Positions 10,244-19,046 of a DNA stretch of 64,000 bases are shown here, in pieces. The notes below the pieces were generated by a model. It worked only from the letters and a program-made list of their open reading frames with translations. It had not been told where the DNA came from and searched no databases. Position 1 is the stretch's first letter. Each line of letters begins with the position of its first letter. The translations under genes and the position numbers were made by a program. Source of the DNA: a virus; the IMG/VR virus record IMGVR_UViG_3300044800_000286; one strand, given 5' to 3'.

Positions 10244-10690
10244 TTAGAACCAATGCGGCGGCCAACAGCAAAATGAAGATTAATCCCGTATTAGCTTGCT
10301 CCGGGTCGGTGCCGATTCCCGATCTCCACGGCACATGGCTCTTATTCCCGGCCCTTGCGGAACCGGACAGCTACGTCGGCCAACGGCGCAGCCGCATACT
10401 AATGAGCCTAGCCGATCACGCAATCTGTAATGTAATACTGCACGTGAAGGGGCGTCGCGTCTCTATTTCAGGCTTTCACCTGCGGAGTTTCCTCCGTGGA
10501 TCGTTGCTCTTCCGTCACGACCCGGAACTTTTTCAAGTATTCTATCGCCGATTGCAACTCATTAATCGACTCGTGACAAAGACCTAACATTTTCAGGATG
10601 ACGTTTTTTGAAATTTTTTGCATCTTTACGTCTTCCTATTTTATACATCCTTGCTCTTGGTATGGTACTTAATGCCACAGGAAATCGAAA

Positions 10691-10818
10691 TGCCGGGGGC
10701 GGTGAGTCACAGGCTTCACGCTTTTGCGGTTCCCGCGGCTTTCCGTCCCGCTCCGGCTTCAAAGCGGAAAGCCTATCGGGGCCTGATCACACCGAGTTCA
10801 GCGCCGTGCCGGTAGGCA
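10691..10818 (-). ncRNA. Structured ncRNA, possibly SRP (4.5S)-like with an expanded apical loop
   Basis: GCGCTGAAC...TCAGGCCCCG[insert]CGGGAACCGCAAAAGCG resembles the SRP domain IV frame; GNRA loop replaced by a GGCTTTCC...GGAAAGCC helix. Confidence 0.3.
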
Positions 10819-10974
10819 CTGCACTAAGTCTTTTTCCTTGCCCGACTTCTCTTCTTTTTCTCGTATGTCCCGTTCTTCGTGGGACTCGAATTCAAACTGC
10901 TCCGTGTCCTGGCAATCCGCCGGGAGAGGAGCATGCCCAAAAAAGGGCGTCCTATTTTTCATACACACCTAAAC

Positions 10975-11017
10975 TGGTTGCGGAGGCTACTGAGCTACCT
11001 TTGCTTCATCCCCCGCA
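10975..11017 (-). ncRNA. 43-nt mini-tRNA (fMet-like acceptor + D arm, no anticodon or T arm), ends ACCA
   Basis: TGCGGGG-GATGAAGCAAAGGTAGCTCAGTAG-CCTCCGCA-ACCA. Confidence 0.65.
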
Positions 11018-11143
11018 CGGAAATCAAAGCCGACCCGAGTTTCGCCAGCCCTCTACGGATTGCTCCTCGGGCTCCTACGGCGCACTCGACGCTCGGGTCG
11101 GACTTACCTGCGGGAACAGCGAATGACTGTTCCTTTACAAAAC

Positions 11144-11185
11144 CGGTTGCGGAGGCTGCCGAGCTATCTTTGCTCCATCTCCGCA
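11144..11185 (-). ncRNA. 42-nt mini-tRNA, second diverged copy, ends ACCG
   Basis: TGCGGAG-ATGGAGCAAAGATAGCTCGGCAG-CCTCCGCA-ACCG. Confidence 0.6.
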
Positions 11186-11192
11186 TAAAATG

Positions 11193-11300
11193 TCGTGGCG
11201 GCGGGCCTTGGTACCCGCTGGTGTGTTGCGCTCATCACCAGTAAAGGGCGGTTGAGCTTGCCCGGCCCTCCCACGCGTGTCCTTCCACGCCGCGCCACAA
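11193..11300 (-). ncRNA. tRNA-like ncRNA (closing stem, D-like hairpin, T-like hairpin)
   Basis: GTGGCG/CGCCAC closing stem; GCGTGGAAGGACACGC; GCGGG-TACCAAGG-CCCGC. Confidence 0.55.
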
Positions 11301-11511
11301 TAATCCCCGGCTCAGGTGCGCCCATCCTGATTTGCCCTGTTCGAACTCTCGGCGGGGACACCGCCAAACGGGGGAGCCGCTAAGCTCCGAGCCTAAGGTT
11401 TCAAGGCCAAGCCCATACGATGACCACAGGGCCGGGAAACTCTGTGGCGCGGTCGGCATATGGACCTCCGAGCACTCACGCTTCCAAAAGCGGCGCTGCG
11501 CTACGTCAAAC

Positions 11512-11588
11512 TGGTTGCGGTGGTAGGATTTGAACCTACGACCTTTTGGTTATGAGCCAAACGAGCTACCGGGCTGCTCCACACCGCG
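11512..11588 (-). tRNA. tRNA-fMet (CAT)
   Basis: Cloverleaf, C1:A72 mismatch, CTCATAA loop, CCA. Confidence 0.92.
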
Positions 11589-11636
11589 TTAGTTGCACAA
11601 AAATACAGCTTTCATATAGCTCAGTAAGGAGTCCAA

Positions 11637-12290
11637 ATGACTAATTACATCCGTAATCCCAACTTAGCCGTTGCCCAAAAGATGGGCGGTGCTGCGAGGG
11701 CTTTACAGCAGAAAAACGAAGCCTGGCAACGCCTCATGAAATACAACGAAAATCCGAACCTTTGCCAATACTGCAAAGGACCGATTCTTGCTCCTCTAAA
11801 TAATACCAGAAAAACTCCATTACGAGAAACAATTATCAAGAAATTCTGCGGTTTTTCTTGCGCCGCCAAATACAACAACAACCGCAAAGGAACCGGGGAT
11901 GGATTAAAATACTGCGGTCGCTGTAAAACAGCCCGTATTTCCACCTCTCGCCGTTTTTGCCGCTCTTGTCAGAAATCAAATGCCAGACAAGCTGGGGTAT
12001 TTATGGTCGGTGTCACAAAAGGTGAACTGTTTGCCCGGCGCAAGAACTGGCAATCGGCTCGAAGTACAATACGCTATCATGCCGCTTACGTGTACGACCG
12101 GTCAGGGTGTCCCAAAGCCTGCGTTGCCCCCAACTGCGGTTACTCATTGTACATCGAAATCGCCCATAAGAAAGGGGTGAGCGAGTTTCCAGATATGACC
12201 CTCATCACAGAGATAAACAACATCGAGAATCTCATCCCGCTGTGTCGCAGATGCCACTGGGAATTTGACCATGGATATTTGAAACTCTAG
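11637..12290 (+). CDS. HNH endonuclease
   Basis: IEIAH...NNIENLIPLCRRCHWEFD; Cys-rich N-terminus. Confidence 0.85.
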   Translation: MTNYIRNPNLAVAQKMGGAARALQQKNEAWQRLMKYNENPNLCQYCKGPILAPLNNTRKTPLRETIIKKFCGFSCAAKYNNNRKGTGDGLKYCGRCKTARISTSRRFCRSCQKSNARQAGVFMVGVTKGELFARRKNWQSARSTIRYHAAYVYDRSGCPKACVAPNCGYSLYIEIAHKKGVSEFPDMTLITEINNIENLIPLCRRCHWEFDHGYLKL

Positions 12291-12308
12291 CGTTAGTGGC
12301 GAACTTTC

Positions 12309-12451
12309 CGGACGCACGGGCGGGAATTGCACCCGCTTGGTAGCCTCGGGTAGGCGACCACGGTTTGAGACACCGAAAAACTAGCACTAACTTCTTCATT
12401 AACCCGATACTTTTTAAGGTGCGCGTCGCTGTCCGCGCTGCCGTACGTCCG
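12309..12451 (-). ncRNA. Extended tRNA-like ncRNA
   Basis: GGACGTACGG/CCGTGCGTCC stem; GCGCGGACAGCGACGCGC D-like hairpin; GCGGG-TGCAATT-CCCGC T arm; TTGACA-17-TATCTA promoter upstream. Confidence 0.6.
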
Positions 12452-12490
12452 AAACTCTGGGAACCCCGCGGCTCCCTACTATAGATACTG

Positions 12491-13108
12491 CTATTCGCTG
12501 GCCTTGTCAAGAATCTCCGCGAGCTTGTCGCTGCCGAGATCGTCGTTTTCGTCGATCCACTCCAATTTCTCAAGGGCCTCCTCGCGGGTAAGTTCGCCCT
12601 TGCGGTACTTCTCCCGGATTTCGGCCGTCTGCTCGGCGTCGTACCGCTTGTACTCCTCGATGTGCCGCTCGACCCACTGGTACTGCTCCGGGTCGTGGGC
12701 GAACTTCTTGCGGGCCTCGTCCAGCGTCAACTCGAAGCTGACCTCGTTTTGGCCCTTGTGCTTCCACACCCACTGGAGCAGCGGGTCGCACACGAAGCTG
12801 TGCCACAAGCTCCCCACGTCGTTGCCGAACCACTGCCCGAACGGCTCGAAATACTCGGGCTCGTCCTTGTCCCAGTGGCCCTTGATGCGGCAAATAAAGC
12901 CCGGCAACGGGATGTAACCGAGCCAGTGGCAGAGATACGTTTGCAGGTCCCACGCAACGAATTCAATGAGAATCCAATACCAAATCTGAGCATCGCACCC
13001 GATGATAATCCGGGCATTATGCTCGTTCCAGCCCCCCATGCTGACATGCCAGCGGCGGACCTTGAACTGCAAAACCCGACGCAAAGCGTCGATAAGTTTG
13101 GACAACAT
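12491..13108 (-). CDS. Hypothetical protein
   Basis: AGGAG RBS, GC3-rich ORF. Confidence 0.6.
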   Translation of the reverse strand: MLSKLIDALRRVLQFKVRRWHVSMGGWNEHNARIIIGCDAQIWYWILIEFVAWDLQTYLCHWLGYIPLPGFICRIKGHWDKDEPEYFEPFGQWFGNDVGSLWHSFVCDPLLQWVWKHKGQNEVSFELTLDEARKKFAHDPEQYQWVERHIEEYKRYDAEQTAEIREKYRKGELTREEALEKLEWIDENDDLGSDKLAEILDKASE

Positions 13109-13241
13109 ATGGCTGTTTCTCCTTGACCGCCCAGGATTACGCGGCGTGGGTAGTCTTGCCAGGGTTGGTAGCCATCTGTGTCTCCTCTTTTTATCTCTTC
13201 ATGCTCTACAATACTACCACAAAAGACGGATTTTTGAAACT

Positions 13242-13318
13242 TGGTGGCTGTGGGAGGAGTTGAACCTACCGTCTTCGGGTTATGAGTCCGACGTACTATA
13301 CCGTTGTACGACACAGCC
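13242..13318 (-). tRNA. tRNA-Met or tRNA-Ile2 (CAT)
   Basis: Cloverleaf, CTCATAA loop, CCA. Confidence 0.88.
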
Positions 13319-13326
13319 ACAAAACT

Positions 13327-13403
13327 TGATCGGGGCGACCCGATTCGAACGGGCGGCCTCATGCGCCCAAGGCATGCGCGCTACCGGACTGCGCTACAGC
13401 CCG
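13327..13403 (-). tRNA. tRNA-Pro (TGG); acceptor-stem mismatch, 3' TCA
   Basis: Cloverleaf, CTTGGGC loop. Confidence 0.8.
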
Positions 13404-13660
13404 AAGTTCCTTATGCCCAGCATGCCGAGCATGATGGGTTCAAACTCCTTTTTCTCGCCAAGCAGCTTGGGCTCCTCTCCCAGCCTCAGCAGCCAAGTCC
13501 CCTCGGGGTACGCTATGACCATGACTTCAGGCACGAACCCGTTCATCAGAACTTGCTGGTATGCGTCGAACATCTCTTCAACGTCCATCACCACTTCCCC
13601 ACCGGATCGTATCTCCGCTCGAACATCCAGCGCATCCGGTCTATCACAGGCGACAGCCAA
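13394..13660 (-). CDS. Hypothetical protein
   Basis: ORF between tRNA genes. Confidence 0.4.
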   Translation of the reverse strand: MAVACDRPDALDVRAEIRSGGEVVMDVEEMFDAYQQVLMNGFVPEVMVIAYPEGTWLLRLGEEPKLLGEKKEFEPIMLGMLGIRNFGL

Positions 13661-13903
13661 TAGTGGGCCTGTGCAAATCTGTACAGCCGTTCTGTGATCT
13701 TCATCTACTCACCAAGGACTCTTCGCCTGAAGCCCGGATACCGCAGCAAGATCAACGCTACCATCAGCATCAGCACACAGTAGGCGGCCATACCGTTGTT
13801 CTGGTCCCGCAACGAAAGCCACACCCCGAAGGTGAAGCATGCTGCGGGAGACCACGTCACACACTTAATGAAAGCTCTCATTCTCCCATCGTACCACAAA
13901 GCT

Positions 13904-13977
13904 TGGTCGGGGACCGGAGAATTGAACTCCGACAACCAGCACCCCATGCTGGCGTGCGGCCATAACACTTGTCCCCG
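13904..13977 (-). tRNA. tRNA-Pro (GGG)
   Basis: CGGGGAC/GTCCCCG, ATGGGGT loop, CCA. Confidence 0.85.
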
Positions 13978-14027
13978 GATAAACTGACTTCCTTTCTCTT
14001 TATTGAGAGGTAGGGAGTCGAACTTTT

Positions 14028-14693
14028 ATGCCCAGTATAAGCCCGCAACTTCTGGCGGCTTCAAAACTTGCTAACGCCAGAAAACGCCAGCGAGCCATAG
14101 ATCGATATATGGCCAACCCAAACCGCTGTTTGCATTGCACGAAGATCATTCTTGTTCCCGACAACCAAAAAGTCCCTTGGGTTCGTACAAAGAAATTTTG
14201 CGATCACTCCTGTGCTGCCCGGCACAACTTGACGGGTCAAACATCGCATAATAAACCAAGGACTCGCACTTGTGCTGCTTGTGGTGCCAAGTTTACGAGA
14301 CCTCCCAATACGGCCGGAAAACGTTGCCCCATTTGCATACAATCCTGTTCTTATCAAGAAGCCGCATTTATGTCCAACTTAGAGTTGTGGCTTAAGAACG
14401 AGTTTGCTGCATCAAAGCGTTTTGCACGTCGGGCAATGATCCGCCTGTTCGGAGCCAAATGCCAAAGGTGCGGTTGGAGTGAAGCCCATTCCATCACAGG
14501 CAACATCCCCGTCCAGCTTCATCACATAGACGGCAATGATAAAAACAGCCGTCGCGATAATGTTGACTTACTTTGTCCCAACTGCCACTCCTTGACCCCC
14601 AACTTCATGGGCCTTAATTGGTCAGCCCGCCGAGAATTGAACTCGGTGGTCCTGCTCCCAAAGCAGGCGGTCGTCCGTCCACCTACGGGCTGA
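14028..14693 (+). CDS. HNH endonuclease; 3' end is antisense to tRNA-Pro
   Basis: CQRCGW...QLHHIDGNDKNSRRDNVDLLCPNCH. Confidence 0.85.
   Translation: MPSISPQLLAASKLANARKRQRAIDRYMANPNRCLHCTKIILVPDNQKVPWVRTKKFCDHSCAARHNLTGQTSHNKPRTRTCAACGAKFTRPPNTAGKRCPICIQSCSYQEAAFMSNLELWLKNEFAASKRFARRAMIRLFGAKCQRCGWSEAHSITGNIPVQLHHIDGNDKNSRRDNVDLLCPNCHSLTPNFMGLNWSARRELNSVVLLPKQAVVRPPTG
14619..14692 (-). tRNA. tRNA-Pro (TGG)
   Basis: CAGCCCG/CGGGCTG, TTTGGGA loop, CCA. Confidence 0.85.
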
Positions 14694-14767
14694 TGGTCGC
14701 CGATGCCGGAATTGAACCGGCTGGTCACGTACCCGAAACGTGCGGTCGTCCGTCCACCTAATCGGCG
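14694..14767 (-). tRNA. tRNA-Pro (CGG)
   Basis: CGCCGAT/ATCGGCG, TTCGGGT loop, CCA; D arm nearly identical to the neighbour's. Confidence 0.85.
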
Positions 14768-14789
14768 TTAAACTCTTTTTACTGGAATT

Positions 14790-14915
14790 ACCACAGGAAG
14801 GAACTGCTCTGAACCATACCCCTGCGGCTATTCCGCTCAGGGTCGCTGACCGTCAATCGGTCACGTAAACCCCGAGCCACTTGGGCTGCGGTCGCATTGG
14901 GTTCAAGTTACGCAT
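14790..14915 (-). ncRNA. Possible 6S-like RNA
   Basis: TGAACC/GGTTCA stem, large central bubble, GCTCGGGG/CCCTGAGC stem, terminal TGACCG/CGGTCA hairpin; first RNA after a sigma70 promoter. Confidence 0.35.
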
Positions 14916-14921
14916 GCACTG

Positions 14922-14950
14922 ATAATACTCGAAAGTCCGGTTTCTGTCAA
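14922..14950 (-). promoter_or_regulatory. Sigma70-type promoter of the ncRNA/tRNA-Pro array
   Basis: TTGACA-17 bp-TATTAT. Confidence 0.8.
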
Positions 14951-14961
14951 CAGCTATCTTC

Positions 14962-14985
14962 GGGAATTATGCGCCTAACTTCCCC
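14962..14985. mobile_element. Orphan IS1595-type terminal repeat
   Basis: GGGAATTATGCGCCTAAC preceded by TSD-like CTATCTTC, 11 bp from the -35 box. Confidence 0.5.
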
Positions 14986-15168
14986 GCATCGTACGCGACC
15001 CAAAATTCCGACGGCGTTTTGGCGGGGTATACGCGCCCGAACTTGCCCGCCGCAAAACCTTCGAAACGTCGCCCGCAAACGCACATCAATTCGGCACGAT
15101 GCACATTGCCCAGAAAACCTTGCGAGTAATCCGGGGGCTGTGCATGCCGATAAAGCACAGTATTTTTC

Positions 15169-15453
15169 TCACGTTTCTGCCCCCTTGACGGCCCGATCTT
15201 CATGCCACTTCTTGATGCCGAGGACGGCGTTGTTCAGATGCGCCTCGCGTTCCTCGGGCTCGAATATCCCGTCGCCGACAGTCTCGGCCGAATAGACCGT
15301 TTCGCCGTTTACCCACGGGCACGAGGCGCGAAAATACCCGTGGCGCAGCCGCAAGTAGCCGACCAGCTCGCCGCCGATGAAAGCGTCGTACTGCTCGGGG
15401 CAGGCTCCGCAAGTCATCACCAGCCGAACCCCGTTTATTTCAAAGTCGCCCAT
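15169..15453 (-). CDS. Hypothetical phage protein
   Basis: TCGACPEQYD...VGYLRLRHG motif. Confidence 0.65.
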   Translation of the reverse strand: MGDFEINGVRLVMTCGACPEQYDAFIGGELVGYLRLRHGYFRASCPWVNGETVYSAETVGDGIFEPEEREAHLNNAVLGIKKWHEDRAVKGAET

Positions 15454-15635
15454 TTTATTTCTCTTTCAAGAGAGTCGGGCGGCGTGGGTTTGAACGTGAC
15501 GAGCGGCGGTGGGTCGTAGTTGTAATCTTCCGCGGTGCTCCACGCCAAGGTCGCAAGCATACCCAGTATCGCCTCGGCCGGTATATCGCCGGTATATTCC
15601 TTGCGGTACTTCTCGTATTCGTCCCATTGCCTCAT
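15435..15635 (-). CDS. Hypothetical protein
   Basis: Coupled ORF in a minus-strand operon. Confidence 0.5.
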   Translation of the reverse strand: MRQWDEYEKYRKEYTGDIPAEAILGMLATLAWSTAEDYNYDPPPLVTFKPTPPDSLEREIKWATLK

Positions 15636-15833
15636 TTCTTTGCCTTCTTCCGCCTGCGGGGCCGCGTCAGGGCGAGCGTCCGCTGGAATTCCTCGTCGTC
15701 GATGACATCGGCTCTTCCATCACCATTCCGCATGCGCCAATAGTATTCCCCGGTTCCTTCGGTCTCGTCCTGGGCGACCCAGCGGACGTACTCGCGGCGC
15801 TTGAACTTCGCCAGCGGATTCGCCAATGCTTTT

Positions 15834-16124
15834 CTAGGCGTGAGTTTCATACATTCCATGCGCCCAGCGCAAGGTCTCTTGCGCGTCCCCATAAGAAATT
15901 TCGTGCTCTTCCGCAAGATGATTGATCCAGCGGTGGATAGCCCTGTGCTTCAGCATCAACATGCATTCGCCGCAGCAGACGCAATCCTTGTACGGCTTGG
16001 GTTGCGGTTTCGGCTGCCGGGCTTTTTTGTAATGGTGCTCGGCAATCCAATAAATTCCCAAGACGGCTCCCCCCGGCACCACGGCCACGAGAAAAGCCCT
16101 TCTGGCTAGCTTATTCCAGTCCAT
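15834..16124 (-). CDS. Small membrane-anchored protein with CxxC...HxxxxH
   Basis: N-terminal TM helix, CVCCGEC...HLAEEH. Confidence 0.55.
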   Translation of the reverse strand: MDWNKLARRAFLVAVVPGGAVLGIYWIAEHHYKKARQPKPQPKPYKDCVCCGECMLMLKHRAIHRWINHLAEEHEISYGDAQETLRWAHGMYETHA

Positions 16125-16259
16125 TGTCTGCCGTTCGTTCCTTCCTCAGGACGAAATACAGAGTCGTCCCGTCGGTCGTGGCAGAGTCCAGTATACCATG
16201 CAATTCGGAAGCCGTGATGAGGCGGTACTGCTCCTCGGTGATGAGGATGATGCTAGCCA

Positions 16260-16481
16260 TCAATCGTATCCCCGTTCTTCCCGACTCACCACGCGGCACG
16301 TCTTGTTTTCTACATCCACTTCGATGACGATGTCTTCGGACCATACGCCTAGCTTTTCGAGGATGGCACCTACTTCGGTAAAATCCCGCTTGTTTTCCCT
16401 GCACCATTCCTCCAAGGTCCCGCGGTTGTCGTTGTCCGGGTCTTTCCAGTATAGGCGGAGCTTCTTGAGTTTCCTGGCCAT
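16260..16481 (-). CDS. Hypothetical protein
   Basis: Coupled to the AAA ATPase stop. Confidence 0.6.
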   Translation of the reverse strand: MARKLKKLRLYWKDPDNDNRGTLEEWCRENKRDFTEVGAILEKLGVWSEDIVIEVDVENKTCRVVSREERGYD

Positions 16482-18310
16482 CAGTCATCCTCCTCACCGG
16501 CGACACGGCTGAGCCTCGGCTTTTCGTCTTCCGCCTGCGGGAAATTCACCGTGAAGCCCATCGTTTCCTTGCCGGACTTGATCTTCAGCGACCCTTTCTT
16601 GAAGTTGGTCTTGAGGCGGGCCAAGGTCTCCTTGCGGTCCAGCCCGAGGCAATAGGACGCCACGACAAGCTCGCGCAGGTGGGCCAAGCCCAGCCCCTCC
16701 GTGGCATCGACCAACTCGTCCAGTTCCTTCTCCGGCATGTGGTCCTTGAGCAGGTTACGCAGGTAGGCCCTCCGCGCCTCGGCCACCGGGTGGTTCAGCC
16801 CCACCACGAGGTCGAAGCGACCGGGGCGCTTCACGATGCGGTCCTCAAGCTGGTCCGGCTTGTTGGTGGTGTTGTGTTGAAGTAACCCCTCGCCTATAAA
16901 GGTTTTGGTGCTGGTTCCAAGAGCAACAACAGGACCAGGTCCGATTTCTTCAACAGACACTACCTTGTCGTACTCCGGGCAGATTTTAGTTCCATCCAAA
17001 ATTTTTAACAACAATTGGTTGGCTAGAAGCCGGATCGGACGAATGGAGCCGAGAAATTTAAGCTGTTTCCATTTTCCTCCTTTGAGGTCTATGCCTATCT
17101 GCGGACGTAGCGGGGTCTTGCCATCTTGGCACACCCCCCTCCCTCCGCTGGTTGTTTGCGGCTTGCGGTCGTAAGCTGTGAAGTTGAACCCCGTTTCGTT
17201 AAGAAATTTCTTTGTCTTATCGACTACTATCCCCTTCGCTTGAGCCCATTTCACACGAAACGTCCGACCCCCCGTGTTGTTGTCGCCGATATTGAGGCTG
17301 CCTTCCGCATCGTACTGGGCGGACAAATAGGCTCCCGCTTCGGAAGCGTCGGTCTCCCATGGCTTGCCGATTGAAACTACTCGGTTGGCCGCCTTAAGGT
17401 CTTCAACAAAACGCCATTCAGGAGAACAAGAGCCTAACTTAACTAAGAACGGATGGTGCTCGCTAACCACGATTTCCGTGCCGCTTTCCATTTTTACCCG
17501 AAACCGTTTTTTTGTAACCAGCGGGCAGGCTTCAACTGTAGCAACTCTCAGCTTTCTTCCCAGACCTTTGCCGAATTTGCGGGTCTCATCAAAGGCCGCT
17601 ATTCTATCTCCCGGTACTAGTTCATCTGCCCGTACCCAGGAAAGATCGGCCTTCAAAATACGTGTTTCAGGGGCAGGACAAGCGAGATGGACTATATGCT
17701 CCACCTGCGTCTCGCCGTCGAGGAGCGCCAGCAGGGCGCGGGCGGACGAGGACTCGTCGCTGCTCCCCATGAAAGTCTCGATGTCCTCGATGATGGTGAG
17801 GATCGGCCGCCGCGCCTCGATCTGGCGGATGCCGCCGAGGGCGTTCTCGGCCAGCCTGCAATTGGTGACCATGACCACGATGCCGTCGCGCTTCACAACG
17901 TCGTCGCACAGCAGGCGGATGATGCTGGTCTTTCCCGACCCCGCCGGGCCGTACATGAGGATGCCCCGCTTGTGCAGCAGCCCCGTCTGCTGGAAAAGGC
18001 TTTCGCGCTCCCAGAAGACCTTGATCTGGTCGAGGATGTAGTCGATGGGCATGCCCGGCAGCCGGAGCAGGGTGTCGGACGGGAACTTGACCTTGCTGAG
18101 GTACCAGCCCGCATTGTCGTTGTCGATCTCGTAGATGCCAGCGGGGACGGTATCCTGGGTCTTGCCCACGGGGCGGTACAGCCCCTTGTGCAGGCTCCAG
18201 TGGTAGTACTCGTTCTGGTCGTCGTCCGCGACTCCGCCGCTGTCGCGTTTCGGCTGGCCTTCTGTTGCTGTTTCCGGCTCGTCTTCGTTGTAATCGCGGT
18301 TTTTGCCCAT
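16481..18310 (-). CDS. AAA+ ATPase, intein-containing
   Basis: Walker A GPAGSGKT, Walker B IIEDIE, sensor 1 A|TTN, arginine finger KRPGRFD. Confidence 0.9.
   Translation of the reverse strand: MGKNRDYNEDEPETATEGQPKRDSGGVADDDQNEYYHWSLHKGLYRPVGKTQDTVPAGIYEIDNDNAGWYLSKVKFPSDTLLRLPGMPIDYILDQIKVFWERESLFQQTGLLHKRGILMYGPAGSGKTSIIRLLCDDVVKRDGIVVMVTNCRLAENALGGIRQIEARRPILTIIEDIETFMGSSDESSSARALLALLDGETQVEHIVHLACPAPETRILKADLSWVRADELVPGDRIAAFDETRKFGKGLGRKLRVATVEACPLVTKKRFRVKMESGTEIVVSEHHPFLVKLGSCSPEWRFVEDLKAANRVVSIGKPWETDASEAGAYLSAQYDAEGSLNIGDNNTGGRTFRVKWAQAKGIVVDKTKKFLNETGFNFTAYDRKPQTTSGGRGVCQDGKTPLRPQIGIDLKGGKWKQLKFLGSIRPIRLLANQLLLKILDGTKICPEYDKVVSVEEIGPGPVVALGTSTKTFIGEGLLQHNTTNKPDQLEDRIVKRPGRFDLVVGLNHPVAEARRAYLRNLLKDHMPEKELDELVDATEGLGLAHLRELVVASYCLGLDRKETLARLKTNFKKGSLKIKSGKETMGFTVNFPQAEDEKPRLSRVAGEEDD
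16871..17680 (-). mobile_element. Intein (270 aa) at AAA+ sensor 1
   Basis: CPAPETRIL...EGLLQHN|T; degenerate LAGLIDADG YLSAQYDAEG. Confidence 0.9.
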
Positions 18311-18321
18311 GAAGCCTAATA

Positions 18322-18690
18322 CTAGGCCCCAGGCAACAACTCCGTAAGATTTCGCAGCGAGAATGGCTTTTCCAACAGGGGCACGTCCTTGACCGAATCG
18401 TCCAAGGCTTCAAGGGCCGCCCTCGGGTCGCCGGACATCAGCGCCATGCGCTGGGCGGGAACCAGCTTGCGAATCTCGCGCGGCAAGTCCGCCCCGTGGC
18501 GAATCTCCTTGCTGCCGATGAAATTGAAATCGGTCAGGACGAAATCGAACGGCCCCCGCTCCTTGTAAAGCTCGAATGCCCCGCGGCCCCCCGCTTGCTG
18601 GCTGACCTTGTAGCCCTTGCGCTCGAAGAACGCAGCGAAGCCCTCCCGCACGTCGGGGTCGTCGTCCACAAGCAGGACACGCTTATCCAT
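18322..18690 (-). CDS. Stand-alone response regulator receiver (CheY-like)
   Basis: LLVDDD, LTD phosphoacceptor, MSG, EKPF. Confidence 0.9.
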   Translation of the reverse strand: MDKRVLLVDDDPDVREGFAAFFERKGYKVSQQAGGRGAFELYKERGPFDFVLTDFNFIGSKEIRHGADLPREIRKLVPAQRMALMSGDPRAALEALDDSVKDVPLLEKPFSLRNLTELLPGA

Positions 18691-19046
18691 TTGAGGTCTC
18701 CGGGCATTTTTGATCCGGTTTGAGGTGTTCTCCGTATGGGCGGTGGCAATCAGCGCAATGCTCGTCGCACTCGCTTGTCATCTCCCAATGCATTCCGTTG
18801 CCGCGTTGCCTCTTTTTGGCGGCCCATCGGAGCGCCTGTTCGGCGGCGACCAAGGACGCGCTTTCCATGATGAGGTACCCCATTTCCCGGTACGTGAATT
18901 TGCCGTGGTTGGCTTTGATGATGGGGCGCGGGACGGCTTCGACTTTCCCTTGGAAGTCCTGCGCTCTCTGGGCGTGCTGTTTCTATCGATCATTTTCCCC
19001 CTTCCTCCGCCGCACGGCAGTTCCGTGCGACTCTCAAGGAGGAGTC

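Noticed and set aside
11030-11101. Hairpin as a hammerhead ribozyme
   Set aside because: Contains CGAAAC but no CUGANGA core; left as an unassigned stem-loop.
15113-15119. G_GTT_TTC programmed -1 frameshift joining MRKILCFIG... to ...GNVHRAELMCVC
   Set aside because: Short ORFs with no homology support; chance or error is equally likely.
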